The translations under genes were made by a program, and so were the position numbers. From the NCBI GenBank assembly GCA_903845295.1, contig CAIMWV010000010.1, forward strand, positions 1 to 56,434: a DNA stretch of 56,434 bases. Direction: 5' to 3'. The notes beneath the pieces are model-generated. The model did not search any database. It was not told the origin of the DNA and worked only from the letters and a program-made list of their open reading frames with translations. Shown here piece by piece: positions 1 through 8,971 of the stretch. The number at the start of each line of letters is the position of its first letter. Position 1 is the first letter of the stretch. This DNA is from Candidatus Staskawiczbacteria bacterium. GTDB lineage: Bacteria; Patescibacteriota; Minisyncoccia; Minisyncoccales; Staskawiczbacteraceae.

Positions 1-2
1 AT

Positions 3-935
3 AACATTTTCACCAATCCCTTTTATGCCGGCATTTTTGAATATGGGAAAGGAAATATCCAATATGAAGGAAAGCACGAAAAAATGATTACCCTTGAAGA
101 ATACGATAGGGTTCAGAAAATTCTTGGGAGAAAAGGCAAACCAAGACCAAAAACACACCGCTTTGCTTTTACCGGATCCATTCGATGCGCTGAATGTGGT
201 TGCCTTTTTACGGCCATCGAAAAAGAAAAGATTATTAAAAAAACGGGTGAATTTAAAAGCTTTACATACTACTACTGCACAAGAAAAAAGAAAGATATTA
301 AATGCACTCAAAATAGATCCTTAACTAAGGACATATTAGAAGGACAAATTCAAAATGAAATTAAAAAATATACAATACTTCCCGAGTTTTTGAGTTGGGC
401 TTTGGAGATATTAAATGAAAGGAACGATAGGGAGATTGAAGACAGGAGCAAAATTTACGAGACACAACAAAAGGCGGTAGTTAAATCACAAAACGAATTA
501 GACGAATTAACTAAAATGAGGTATCGCCTGCTAATTGACGACGAGGCTTTTTTGAAAGAGAAAAAAGAACTTCAATCTAAGATAGGTAAACTTAAAGAAA
601 AGTTGAAAGGAACCGAAGCCAGAGCAGAAAAATGGCTTGAGCTTACAGAGAGAACCTTTAATGTCGCTACCTATGCCGGACAAAGATTCTTATCCGGAGG
701 GTTAGAACTGAAGAAGGAAATACTACTGACGTTGGGAGCATACCCTCTTATTAGAGAGCGAAAACTGGTTCTTGAACCCTATGAGTGGTTTATACCAATC
801 AAAAATGACTATCCTCCGTTAGAGGAGGCATATTTAAGGTTAGAACTGGGTAAAACAGGTCAAAATAGGCACAAAATGGAGGCGTTAACCTCCATTCGTA
901 CACAGTGGCGCGGGCGAGGGGATTTGAACCCCTGA
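3..935 (+). CDS. Large serine recombinase/integrase, 5'-truncated by the window edge (recombinase domain end, Zn ribbon, coiled coil)
   Basis: Frame is open from position 3 (NIFTNPFYAG...GKHEKMIT..EEY..VQ). FTGSIRCAECG...YYYC zinc ribbon and long coiled coil. The C-terminus WRGRGDLNP is the antisense of the tRNA-Asp 3' end. Confidence 0.85.
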   Translation, partial: NIFTNPFYAGIFEYGKGNIQYEGKHEKMITLEEYDRVQKILGRKGKPRPKTHRFAFTGSIRCAECGCLFTAIEKEKIIKKTGEFKSFTYYYCTRKKKDIKCTQNRSLTKDILEGQIQNEIKKYTILPEFLSWALEILNERNDREIEDRSKIYETQQKAVVKSQNELDELTKMRYRLLIDDEAFLKEKKELQSKIGKLKEKLKGTEARAEKWLELTERTFNVATYAGQRFLSGGLELKKEILLTLGAYPLIRERKLVLEPYEWFIPIKNDYPPLEEAYLRLELGKTGQNRHKMEALTSIRTQWRGRGDLNP

Positions 936-984
936 TCTCCTCCGTGACAGGGAGGCGTCTTAAACCAGGCTGGACTACGCCCGC
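906..984 (-). tRNA. tRNA-Asp(GTC) with encoded CCA; probable integration site
   Basis: Reverse complement GCGGGCGTAGTCCAGCCTGGTTTAAGACGCCTCCCTGTCACGGAGGAGATCAGGGGTTCAAATCCCCTCGCCCGCGCCA folds as a cloverleaf. Confidence 0.95.
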
Positions 985-1016
985 ATTTTATTAAATTTTT
1001 CCTTAGACTCGGCCTG

Positions 1017-1044
1017 CACTGAGCGAGTGAAACGAGTCGAAGTG
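1017..1044. repeat. TTCG/TCA-type REP-like palindrome abutting the tRNA 3' end
   Basis: CACTGAGCGAGTGAAACGAGTCGAAGTG; same family as 3651-3671 and 19819-19837. Confidence 0.7.
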
Positions 1045-1118
1045 TGCCGAGGGAGAGATTCGAACTCTCGACCTCGTCGTTATGAGTGACGCGCTCTTAC
1101 CAACTGAGCTACCCCGGC
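1045..1118 (-). tRNA. tRNA with CAT anticodon (elongator Met or Ile2); CCA not encoded
   Basis: Reverse complement GCCGGGGTAGCTCAGTTGGTAAGAGCGCGTCACTCATAACGACGAGGTCGAGAGTTCGAATCTCTCCCTCGGCA. Confidence 0.92.
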
Positions 1119-1123
1119 GAATT

Positions 1124-1363
1124 TTAATTTTGGATTAATTTTAACTTCTTGTTGCGTGTCATATTTTTAACCTCCCTTTCTCTTTTTAGCGCTATTATCT
1201 TATTATCATATTTTTCAGAAAATACAATTTCCTCCGGAATATGTGACCTTGTATATCTTCCGCCCTTTCCGCTTTTATGCTTCTCAAATCGTTTTTCTAA
1301 ATCATTGGTCGAACCGGTATACAAAGAACCATCCTTGCATTTGATTATATAAACAAACCACAT
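1124..1363 (-). CDS. Small GIY-YIG nuclease (UPF0213/YhbQ-like)
   Basis: VYIIKC.DGSLYTGST.DLEKR..KH..GKG..YTR motif and ALKRE. Confidence 0.9.
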   Translation of the reverse strand: MWFVYIIKCKDGSLYTGSTNDLEKRFEKHKSGKGGRYTRSHIPEEIVFSEKYDNKIIALKREREVKNMTRNKKLKLIQN

Positions 1364-1382
1364 TTACCTTAAGTTAATTATG

Positions 1383-1453
1383 TTGGGCCGCCCCGAATTG
1401 CACGGGGGCCTGCAGCTTATGAGACTGCCGAGGTACTACTCCTCCACGGCCCG
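1383..1453 (-). tRNA. tRNA-Met(CAT), initiator-like and atypical
   Basis: Cloverleaf CGGGCCG-TG-GAGG-AGTAGTA-CCTC-G-GCAGT-CTCATAA-GCTGC-AGGC-CCCCG-TGCAATT-CGGGG-CGGCCCA-A, with C1:A72 mismatch and A11:U24. Confidence 0.85.
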
Positions 1454-1556
1454 ATGTATGTTTATTACTGTAATACAAAAAATCAATAAAATCAAGTCCA
1501 TCATTTTTTAAAGACGCATGTTACGATTTTATAATTTTGTGATAAAATGATTAAAT

Positions 1557-2963
1557 ATGAAAATAAATTTTTTAGGAGCAGCTCAAAACGTAACCGGATC
1601 CAAACATTTAATCCAAACCCAGGGATATAATTTGCTTTTAGATTGCGGTTTATACCAGGGCAGGAGAGACGAATCCAACAGGTTAAACAGCACCCTTCCT
1701 TTTGAAGCTACAGAGATAAATGCTGCCATACTTTCACATGCGCACTTAGACCATTGCGGGACTTTGCCAATTTTAGTCAAAAACGGATTTAAAGGAAAAA
1801 TTTGCTGCACTCCGGCAACGGCGGAAATAGCAAGATATATTTTATTGGATTCTGCTGAAATACAAAAGCAGGATTGCGAATATTTGAACAGGCATTTAAA
1901 TCCCGGCGACAAGGAATTTATCCCGATTTATACGCCAGAAGATGTCCAGAAAGTTCTTGAACATTTTGAAACGGTTGATTATTTCAGGCAAACCAATAAA
2001 TGGACGGAATTAAATGAAAATATACGATTTAAACTTTACGATGCCGGCCATATTTTGGGATCTGCGATAATTTTTTTGGAAATAAAGGAAAATGGACTGA
2101 CGAAAACGCTCGCCTTTACCGGCGACATGGGCAGGGAGTATTCTCCTCTTTTGCGCTCCCCCGAATATATAGCTGAAGATACGGAAACCCTTATCACAGA
2201 ATGCACCTATGGCGACAGAAACCACAAACCCCTGTCAGATGCAACCAGCGATTTTAAAGATGTTATCGATACCGCTATTAAAAATAAAGGCAAAATAATT
2301 GTTCCAGCTTTTTCTTTGGGCAGGACACAGGACATCATTTATATCTTGCACAAACTTTTAGACGAAAAGCTCATCCCCTCTTTGCCAATATATATAGACA
2401 GCCCGCTTGCTGAAAACATCACGGAAATTTTCCCCAAATATATAAAAGATTTCAATGACAATTTCTGGAAAGATTTTGGAAGCCGCGGCGATTCGCCATT
2501 CTTATTAAAAAATTTAACGTACGTACGGTCCCAGGAAAAATCCAAAGCATTAAATAACAAACCGGGGCCTTTGATGATTATTTCTGCTTCGGGAATGTGC
2601 GAGGGCGGAAGAGTATTGCACCACCTGAAAAATAATATAGAAAATCCTCAAAATATAATTTTACTGGCGGGATACCAGGCTGAAAATACCTTGGGAAGAA
2701 AAATTCTGGAAGGCCAAAGCCCTGTAAAAATATTCGGTAAAAATTACGACGTCAGGGCCCAGGTAAAAGTCCTTAACGAATTCTCAGCCCATGCCGACCA
2801 AAACGATCTTTTGTCGTATATCTCGCATATCAAAAACTTGCAGAGAATATTCTTGGTGCATACGGAGCTCCCCCAGTCAACAGCTTTCAAAAATATATTG
2901 GAAAAATCTTATCCATCTCTGCCGATTGAAATCCCTGCAATGGGCAGTATATTTGAAGTATAA
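1557..2963 (+). CDS. MBL-fold beta-CASP RNA-processing hydrolase
   Basis: VTGSKH, LLDCG, SHAHLDHCG, AGHILGS, TGD, ECTYG, SASGM, FSAHAD motifs. Confidence 0.92.
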   Translation: MKINFLGAAQNVTGSKHLIQTQGYNLLLDCGLYQGRRDESNRLNSTLPFEATEINAAILSHAHLDHCGTLPILVKNGFKGKICCTPATAEIARYILLDSAEIQKQDCEYLNRHLNPGDKEFIPIYTPEDVQKVLEHFETVDYFRQTNKWTELNENIRFKLYDAGHILGSAIIFLEIKENGLTKTLAFTGDMGREYSPLLRSPEYIAEDTETLITECTYGDRNHKPLSDATSDFKDVIDTAIKNKGKIIVPAFSLGRTQDIIYILHKLLDEKLIPSLPIYIDSPLAENITEIFPKYIKDFNDNFWKDFGSRGDSPFLLKNLTYVRSQEKSKALNNKPGPLMIISASGMCEGGRVLHHLKNNIENPQNIILLAGYQAENTLGRKILEGQSPVKIFGKNYDVRAQVKVLNEFSAHADQNDLLSYISHIKNLQRIFLVHTELPQSTAFKNILEKSYPSLPIEIPAMGSIFEV

Positions 2964-3008
2964 AAAAACAGCAGTTTTGCGACTTGCTTGGGTCTCGTAA
3001 AGTTATCC

Positions 3009-3518
3009 TTAAAGATTCTTTACCATTATCACGGCTTCTTTAAGCTCGCTGAATCTTTCACGGTCTATTTCCCTAATGCGGACTTTCTTGAATCCGCATT
3101 TTTTGTACAAACTGATCACCGGATGAAATTGTTTTACCCGCAGACCAATTAATTTTGCTTCCAAAGTTCTTTTCGCTTGGTAAAGCGCAGTTTGTATCAG
3201 CGCTGTCCCAATCCCAAACCTCCGAAATTCTTGAGTAACTCCGATTGTCCACACCCACCATGGCGCGTAACAAACGTGGTATTTGGCAGGAATTGAACTG
3301 ACAATGATCACGCCACGTATCTTGCCCTCAACCTCGGCGACCAAAACAATCTTCGCGGTTCTGAGCTGCATCACCCAGGATACTCTGACACTCAAATTTA
3401 TTTGTTGTTCTTTCCCGCCAACTTCCAGTATGCCTTCTAAATCATCTGCTGTGGCATACCGTATAATTGTTTCTTTTCCGTCTGGTTGGAATCTTTTTAG
3501 TATCCGCTGGCCATTCAT
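3009..3518 (-). CDS. GNAT family N-acetyltransferase
   Basis: V...FRRFGIGTALI acetyl-CoA motif and LYKKCGF; AGGAGG ribosome-binding site upstream. Confidence 0.8.
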   Translation of the reverse strand: MNGQRILKRFQPDGKETIIRYATADDLEGILEVGGKEQQINLSVRVSWVMQLRTAKIVLVAEVEGKIRGVIIVSSIPAKYHVCYAPWWVWTIGVTQEFRRFGIGTALIQTALYQAKRTLEAKLIGLRVKQFHPVISLYKKCGFKKVRIREIDRERFSELKEAVIMVKNL

Positions 3519-3594
3519 GGAACCTCCTTATCGTTGATCTTAAGAACAGATTGATAATTTATCATTAACATTTTTATCACAAATGTCAATAACT

Positions 3595-3624
3595 AAAAAC
3601 ACCCGGCGCGCCGGGTGTTTTTTT
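3595..3624. terminator. Intrinsic terminator downstream of lepA (possibly bidirectional)
   Basis: AAAAACACCCGG-CGCG-CCGGGTGTTTTTTT. Confidence 0.8.
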
Positions 3625-3631
3625 ATAAATA

Positions 3632-3671
3632 TTATGCTCTGAAAACTTCTACCCTTCGGCAAGCTCAGGGT
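3632..3671 (-). repeat. REP-like palindrome (3651-3671) plus orphan duplicate lepA tail (3632-3651)
   Basis: Minus strand after the lepA stop: ACCCTGAGCTTGCCGAAGGG TA GAA GTT TTC AGA GCA TAA = EVFRA*. Confidence 0.85.
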
Positions 3672-5474
3672 CTACGCACGAAAAACTTCTAAAAATGCTT
3701 TTGTCGGGACGTTTACCTTTCCCTTTGCTTTCATCAGCTTTTTACCTTTTTTCTGCTTTTCCCTAAGCTTGTTTTTCCTTGTTATATCTCCACCGTACAA
3801 ATATCCTGCGACATCTTTCATATAGGCCCTGATTGTTTCCCTGGCGATGACTTTTCCTCCGATTACCGCCTGCAAGGCAACGGAAAATTGCTCGGGAGGC
3901 AGGACTTCCTTTAATTTTTCAACCATTTTCTTTCCCTCAAAATAAGCTTCATCCTGAGCGACAATCCTTGAAAATGCCTCCTCTTTCTGGCCGGCAACCC
4001 AAATTTCCATTTTCGCCAGCTTGCCGGGCCTATACCCTAAAAGGTTATAACTCATTGAGGCATAACCCTGGCTGGCGGTTTTTATTTTGTCGTATAAATT
4101 GGCAATGATGCCCCGCAAAGGAGTTTCAAAAATTATGATTACCCTTTCCGGACTCAGATAATTTGTCGTAATATAATTTCCTTTCAGACTCTTTAAAATT
4201 TCCATTAATTTTCCCACCTGGTTTGACGGAGCAATAACTTCCAAGGACACCCACGGCTCCTCAGTACTCTTTATTGCAGAAGGATTTTCCGGCCAGTCAG
4301 AAGCTGAATAGATCAAAATCTCCTTGCCTTTCTGGTTAAAAATTTTATAAACAACCGACGGCGTTGAAATCACCAGATCCAAACCAAATTCCCTCTGCAA
4401 TCTTTCTGAAATAATTTCTATATGCAAAGTTCCCAAAAATCCACAGTTAAATCCCCTGCCTAAAGCTTCTTTCATTTCCTGTTCAAAAACCAGCGCGGGA
4501 TCCGATAGTTTCAATTTTGACAAGGCAACCTTCAATAAATCGAAATCATCCGGATTTTCCGGATACAAGCTGGCAAAAACCATGGGCTTCGGCTTTTGGT
4601 ATCCGGGCAAAGGCTCAACCGTACCCCTTGTATTTATATTCTGTAATTTTATAATCGTATCTCCGGCTGTAACTTTTCCGGGCTCCTTAATTCCTGTGGC
4701 AATATACCCGATGTCGCCGGCCTTAATTTTATCTTTTGGCGCAAATGTCGGATTTAAATACCCTAATTCTTTTACTTCAGCCGGGGTTTTGGTTGCCATC
4801 AACTCAATTTTTTCTCCGTTGGAAATCTCCCCGTCAACAACGCGCACAAAAGCAATAACGCCTTTAAAAGAATCGTATTCCGAATCAAAAATTAGAGCCC
4901 GGAAATCATTTTTTACAGATTCTTTCGGAGGAGGAACTTCTTTTATAATTGTTGCTAAAACTTGCTCAACGTTTGTTCCGTCTTTGGCGGAAATTTTCAG
5001 AATTTCTTCCGGTAAAACCTGCAACAGATTTGAAAGCTCTTCAACTGTTTCTTCCACCCTTGCAATCGGAGAGTCAATTTTGTTTACAACCGGAATAATT
5101 TTTAGATTTTGATTTTTTGCCAATTCCAAATTAGCCAATGTCTGCGCCTGGATTCCCTGGGTTGCATCAACCAATAAAACAGTTCCTTCAACTGCTTCCA
5201 AAGACCTTGAAACCTCGTAAGAAAAATCAACGTGGCCGGGGGTATCAACCAAATTCAAAATATAATCTTTGCCCTCAAATTTATAATTCATCCTTATAGC
5301 TTTCAGCTTTATGGTAATCCCCTTTTCTCTTTCCAAATCCATAGAATCTAAAAACTGTGGCATCATTTTTTTTGGATCAATAGTTCCGGTCAACTCCAAA
5401 AGCCGATCGGCTAATGTACTCTTGCCGTGGTCAATGTGTGCAATTATTGAAAAATTTCTTATATTTTCTTGCAT
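3672..5474 (-). CDS. lepA: Translation elongation factor 4 (LepA)
   Basis: IRNFSIIAHIDHGKSTLADR, DTPGHVDF, NKID, YGGDITRK. Confidence 0.98.
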   Translation of the reverse strand: MQENIRNFSIIAHIDHGKSTLADRLLELTGTIDPKKMMPQFLDSMDLEREKGITIKLKAIRMNYKFEGKDYILNLVDTPGHVDFSYEVSRSLEAVEGTVLLVDATQGIQAQTLANLELAKNQNLKIIPVVNKIDSPIARVEETVEELSNLLQVLPEEILKISAKDGTNVEQVLATIIKEVPPPKESVKNDFRALIFDSEYDSFKGVIAFVRVVDGEISNGEKIELMATKTPAEVKELGYLNPTFAPKDKIKAGDIGYIATGIKEPGKVTAGDTIIKLQNINTRGTVEPLPGYQKPKPMVFASLYPENPDDFDLLKVALSKLKLSDPALVFEQEMKEALGRGFNCGFLGTLHIEIISERLQREFGLDLVISTPSVVYKIFNQKGKEILIYSASDWPENPSAIKSTEEPWVSLEVIAPSNQVGKLMEILKSLKGNYITTNYLSPERVIIIFETPLRGIIANLYDKIKTASQGYASMSYNLLGYRPGKLAKMEIWVAGQKEEAFSRIVAQDEAYFEGKKMVEKLKEVLPPEQFSVALQAVIGGKVIARETIRAYMKDVAGYLYGGDITRKNKLREKQKKGKKLMKAKGKVNVPTKAFLEVFRA

Positions 5475-5483
5475 TTTATTTCT

Positions 5484-7157
5484 TCAAAATTTTTGTTCCT
5501 TAGCTGGATATAAAAACTTTTTTAGGAATGAGTCAATTATGGTTTTGTTCTCGGGAGATTTTAGTAAATGGGTAGCGATGGCATAAGTTACAACGCCGGC
5601 AGTTCCGGATATAATTAATTGGAAAAATATTCCCCAGAAGGTCTGTAAGCTTACAACTGACCCGAGCCACTGCCTTATTAAAAAAGTAAGAATAAACATT
5701 ATTAAGCTGGCAATTAATATTTTATATATAGAATTATGAATTTCTTCCACGTGTAATTTTGGAAATTTTTTATAAAACATATACAAAAGCAAAGAACATT
5801 CTAAAACAGCTGTAATTGTATAAGCCAAAGCCAAAGCAATAACGCCAATATTTGCAACTCCCCCCAATCTTAATATGCTTTGCAAAAAAAGATTAAATCC
5901 GGCTGAAAACCTGACAAGCCACACAAGCAGCAAGCTAAGTGCTATATTAAAAGCAACTGTCAATCCGCTGATTATTGCCGGAATTTTTGTGTTATGGGCT
6001 GCATAAAATGTTTTTGATAAAAATAAAATAAGCGCCTGGGCAATTAAGTTTAAAGCTAAAATACCGAGGCAGGCGGTTGTTAATTTTGTATCTGCCCAGC
6101 CAAATTTGCCGACTCCCAAAACAACCCTGACTATCTGCGCCCTTAAAATCAAAAGAAGCAAACTTATTGGAACTACCAAAAAAATAATCTGGCGGAATAT
6201 GCTGGAAAACTTTCTTAAAAACTCGTCATTTTCTTCTTTCAAAAAAGCCATGGACATTGAGGGAAAGGCGGCTGTTGAAACAGAAACTGCGACAGCGTTG
6301 ACCAGAATTGATGACAAATTATTTGCCAAATTAAAAACTGCTATAGAACCTGACAACAAAGTTGAAGCAATTGCCGTGGTGGCAATTGTGTTCAGCTGCC
6401 CGGCCCCTAATCCCAATGACCTTGGAATCATCATTTTTATTGTTTTTACAACTCCGGGATCTTTATAGTTAAAACTTGCCTTATATCTAAAACCGGAAAA
6501 AAAGAATGCCGGCAACTGGACTATTAAGTGCAAAATTCCCCCCAACACCACTCCCCAAGCCAGCCCTTGCAACCCAAATTTTGGCACAAAAAATAAAATC
6601 CCGATTATTATGCCAAGGTTATATAATAAAGGGGCTAAAGCTGTTACCAAAAATCTGTGAAAAACCTGCAAAATCCCGCTTATCATATTTGAAGCCCCCA
6701 GAATAATCGGGCTCAAGAACATAATACGCATTAATATAACAGCCATTTCCTTTTTCTGTCCGGAAAATCCCGGAGCCATAAAAGAAACAATTAGCGGAGT
6801 AAAAATTATTAAAATTACGCAAACAATAATTAAAAATCCTAAGAACACATTTAAAAGCGTTGAAACATATCTCCACGCATCTTCTTTGGATTTGATTAAA
6901 TACCCGCTAAATATAGGAATCACTGCCGCTGCTATTGCGCCAAAAATCAAAATCAAAGCAATAAAATCCGGAACAGTAAAAGCTGCATAATAAACATCCA
7001 GTTCATTGCCGGCGCCGAAGGTGCCTGCTAAAAGGCGGTCTCTTAACAAACCTAAAACAGCCGATATTAAATAAGAAATTGCCAATATTAAAGAGGCAGA
7101 ACTTATGGATTTTGTCTGAGAATTAAGAAATTTTTGAATCAATTTTTTTTCTTGCAC
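5484..7157 (-). CDS. murJ: Lipid II flippase MurJ (start may be the TTG at 7142)
   Basis: LGLLRDRLLA..FGAG..LD.YYAAF..PD motif; many transmembrane helices; FYA..NTK.P. Confidence 0.93.
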   Translation of the reverse strand: MQEKKLIQKFLNSQTKSISSASLILAISYLISAVLGLLRDRLLAGTFGAGNELDVYYAAFTVPDFIALILIFGAIAAAVIPIFSGYLIKSKEDAWRYVSTLLNVFLGFLIIVCVILIIFTPLIVSFMAPGFSGQKKEMAVILMRIMFLSPIILGASNMISGILQVFHRFLVTALAPLLYNLGIIIGILFFVPKFGLQGLAWGVVLGGILHLIVQLPAFFFSGFRYKASFNYKDPGVVKTIKMMIPRSLGLGAGQLNTIATTAIASTLLSGSIAVFNLANNLSSILVNAVAVSVSTAAFPSMSMAFLKEENDEFLRKFSSIFRQIIFLVVPISLLLLILRAQIVRVVLGVGKFGWADTKLTTACLGILALNLIAQALILFLSKTFYAAHNTKIPAIISGLTVAFNIALSLLLVWLVRFSAGFNLFLQSILRLGGVANIGVIALALAYTITAVLECSLLLYMFYKKFPKLHVEEIHNSIYKILIASLIMFILTFLIRQWLGSVVSLQTFWGIFFQLIISGTAGVVTYAIATHLLKSPENKTIIDSFLKKFLYPAKEQKF

Positions 7158-7188
7158 CCTTCATATATAAATTTTATAGAAGGCTGTA
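7151..7188. repeat. GAAGGGTGC-family palindromic element, copy at the murJ 5' end
   Basis: Minus strand TACAGCCTTCTATAAAATTTATATATGAAGGGTGCAAG; similar to 9464-9500 and 13739-13776. Confidence 0.75.
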
Positions 7189-7233
7189 TTAATTAATCAT
7201 GATAACCTTTTTTTCTATTTTTTTCAAACAAAC

Positions 7234-7262
7234 AAAAAGCTCGATTTAAAATCGAGTTTTTT
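7234..7262 (-). terminator. Intrinsic terminator after RNase P RNA
   Basis: AAAAAGCTCGATTT-A-AAATCGAGTTTTTT hairpin with A/T tracts. Confidence 0.65.
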
Positions 7263-7265
7263 GTT

Positions 7266-7626
7266 GTCCCAGCAAGACTATAAGCCGAATTCTGTATTAT
7301 GTGATTATCTGTCTTGGCCAATGATTACCCATTAGCTCAGGCGAACTACTTTTAACAGAAGCTTGAGATGTATTTAACCCAATCTCCTGCTTTGTTCTTG
7401 CACCCAATAAGGATTTAGCCGTTTCATTTCAACCTTTCGATTGAACTCGCCCTATTCATCTTGCGATGACGGGCGCCTCGCCCTTTCGGGCTCGGCGTTT
7501 CTGTTCGCACCTCTGTCTTACGACCGATGGCTGTTAGCCACTACATTTTTAACTCCCGAAAAGGGGCGTTGGTGTTCGGACTTTCCTCTCCCTATAACAG
7601 GGAGCAATCACTCATCTTGCTGAGAC
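7266..7626 (-). ncRNA. rnpB: RNase P RNA
   Basis: Minus strand has GAGGAAAGTCCG near the 5' end and ACAGAATTCGGCTTA near the 3' end. P1 helix GTCTCAGCAAGA/TCTTGCTGGGAC. Confidence 0.93.
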
Positions 7627-7632
7627 ACCTTT

Positions 7633-7660
7633 ACTATACCAGATAATGGTGTTGTGTCAA
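7633..7660 (-). promoter_or_regulatory. Sigma70 promoter for rnpB
   Basis: TTGACA-16 nt-TATAGT, ending 6 nt upstream of the RNA 5' end. Confidence 0.65.
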
Positions 7661-7730
7661 GTTGAAATTATTTGACTAAAAATTTCCAGAATTATATGAT
7701 AACCTCGGGACACGAAAAGAGAGGTGCAAT

Positions 7731-8021
7731 ATGCTGAAAGATAATATCTCGAGAGAGCTGATAATTTGGCTGCTGCTATTTATAGCGGGAGCCATTGCTT
7801 CAATGTTCTTTGTCATCTACCGAATAGTTGCCATAATTTTCTTCCTGATTTTCTTCACGATGACGCTGAAAAAAACCTCCAAAGACCGGAAACTCAGCGC
7901 ACAAGGAGATCGCTTAGCCGTTTTTTTTGGCAACTTTTTAGGAGCTGTTTTACGCGGAATTACCTGGCCGGTTTTTTTAATATGGCCATACAAACATTCC
8001 GATAAAACAGACGATCACTAA
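7731..8021 (+). CDS. Hypothetical small membrane protein
   Basis: GAGGTG RBS, hydrophobic segments, terminator-like hairpin at 8021-8055. Confidence 0.65.
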   Translation: MLKDNISRELIIWLLLFIAGAIASMFFVIYRIVAIIFFLIFFTMTLKKTSKDRKLSAQGDRLAVFFGNFLGAVLRGITWPVFLIWPYKHSDKTDDH

Positions 8022-8069
8022 AAAACCCGGCGCGTGAACCGGGTTTGTTTTTTTTCTAACAAAACTAAT

Positions 8070-8615
8070 TTATTTTTTTATATAAACATAAATTTTATCT
8101 TCCTCCTTGGCAGGAAGCCATGTCGGAAGGGTAAAATAGTTTGATACAATCCTTGCTCCGGGCTTTAATTCCCTTTCAAATTTCTTTTCCAATCTTTTCA
8201 TCATGTGCTTCATGCCGAAAACAACGACAGCGTCAAAATCTTTTAAATCTTGGCGCCAAAAACTTTTACAATAAATAAACGCTGAACCGTCTGATCCTGC
8301 TTCTTTTATATTTTCCCTTGCCTTAGAGACTAAAAGAGGATTAATTTCATAACCGTAAGCTTTAGCTCCCTCTTTTGCCAAAGCAATAAGTAATCTGCCG
8401 TCCCCTGCGCCCAAATCAACAACGGTTTGACTGGGCTTTATTTCTAAAAGTTTTACCATCTTTCCAACTCTTTCTTTTGTGGTTGGAACATAAATCGCTC
8501 CCCAAAACAAAAAAGGATACACATATCCCCAAATTTTTACTAAAAATACAAGCGGAATTACCACAAAAACGATTGCTAAAAATAAAACTAATAAAAAAAT
8601 TAAGTAAAAACCCAT
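8070..8615 (-). CDS. Membrane-anchored class I SAM-dependent methyltransferase
   Basis: N-terminal TM, GAIYVPT, VDLGAGDGR, GYEINP, LKPGARIVS. Confidence 0.88.
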   Translation of the reverse strand: MGFYLIFLLVLFLAIVFVVIPLVFLVKIWGYVYPFLFWGAIYVPTTKERVGKMVKLLEIKPSQTVVDLGAGDGRLLIALAKEGAKAYGYEINPLLVSKARENIKEAGSDGSAFIYCKSFWRQDLKDFDAVVVFGMKHMMKRLEKKFERELKPGARIVSNYFTLPTWLPAKEEDKIYVYIKK

Positions 8616-8687
8616 TTTTAAAAAGAACGCCCGCTGCCCATCTCGGGTCGGCGGGACATTCTTTGTTTTAAAGTATAAATACTAGCC

Positions 8688-8873
8688 TTAGCAGCACTTG
8701 CACTTTACCATTTTCGTCACTCCTATAACTATCAAAAGAAGGGGCCAAATAAAACTTACGAAACCGGGTGTTAGTATATTCATTCCCCCCAACAAAATCA
8801 CTAAACCAATCAAAGCAATGCACGCTGGTACTATTTTATGATGCGTGCATTTGCAAACTTTTTTATCCTCCAT
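8688..8873 (-). CDS. Small two-TM protein with Cys/His-rich termini
   Basis: CKCTHH...WPLLLIVIG...CKCC. Confidence 0.65.
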   Translation of the reverse strand: MEDKKVCKCTHHKIVPACIALIGLVILLGGMNILTPGFVSFIWPLLLIVIGVTKMVKCKCC

Positions 8874-8917
8874 AATTTTATTTTTTATTTTTTTAATTAT
8901 ATAGACCTTTAGCTTAT

Positions 8918-8963
8918 TTTACCCCCACACCATAAAATTTTCAATTTTTGGTGTGAGGGTAAA
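8918..8963. repeat. Hairpin / REP-like element downstream of rnhA
   Basis: TTTACCCCCACACCA...TGGTGTGAGGGTAAA. Confidence 0.6.
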
Positions 8964-8971
8964 CCACAATT

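Noticed and set aside
7441-7623. 60-aa plus-strand ORF
   Set aside because: It lies antisense within the RNase P RNA.
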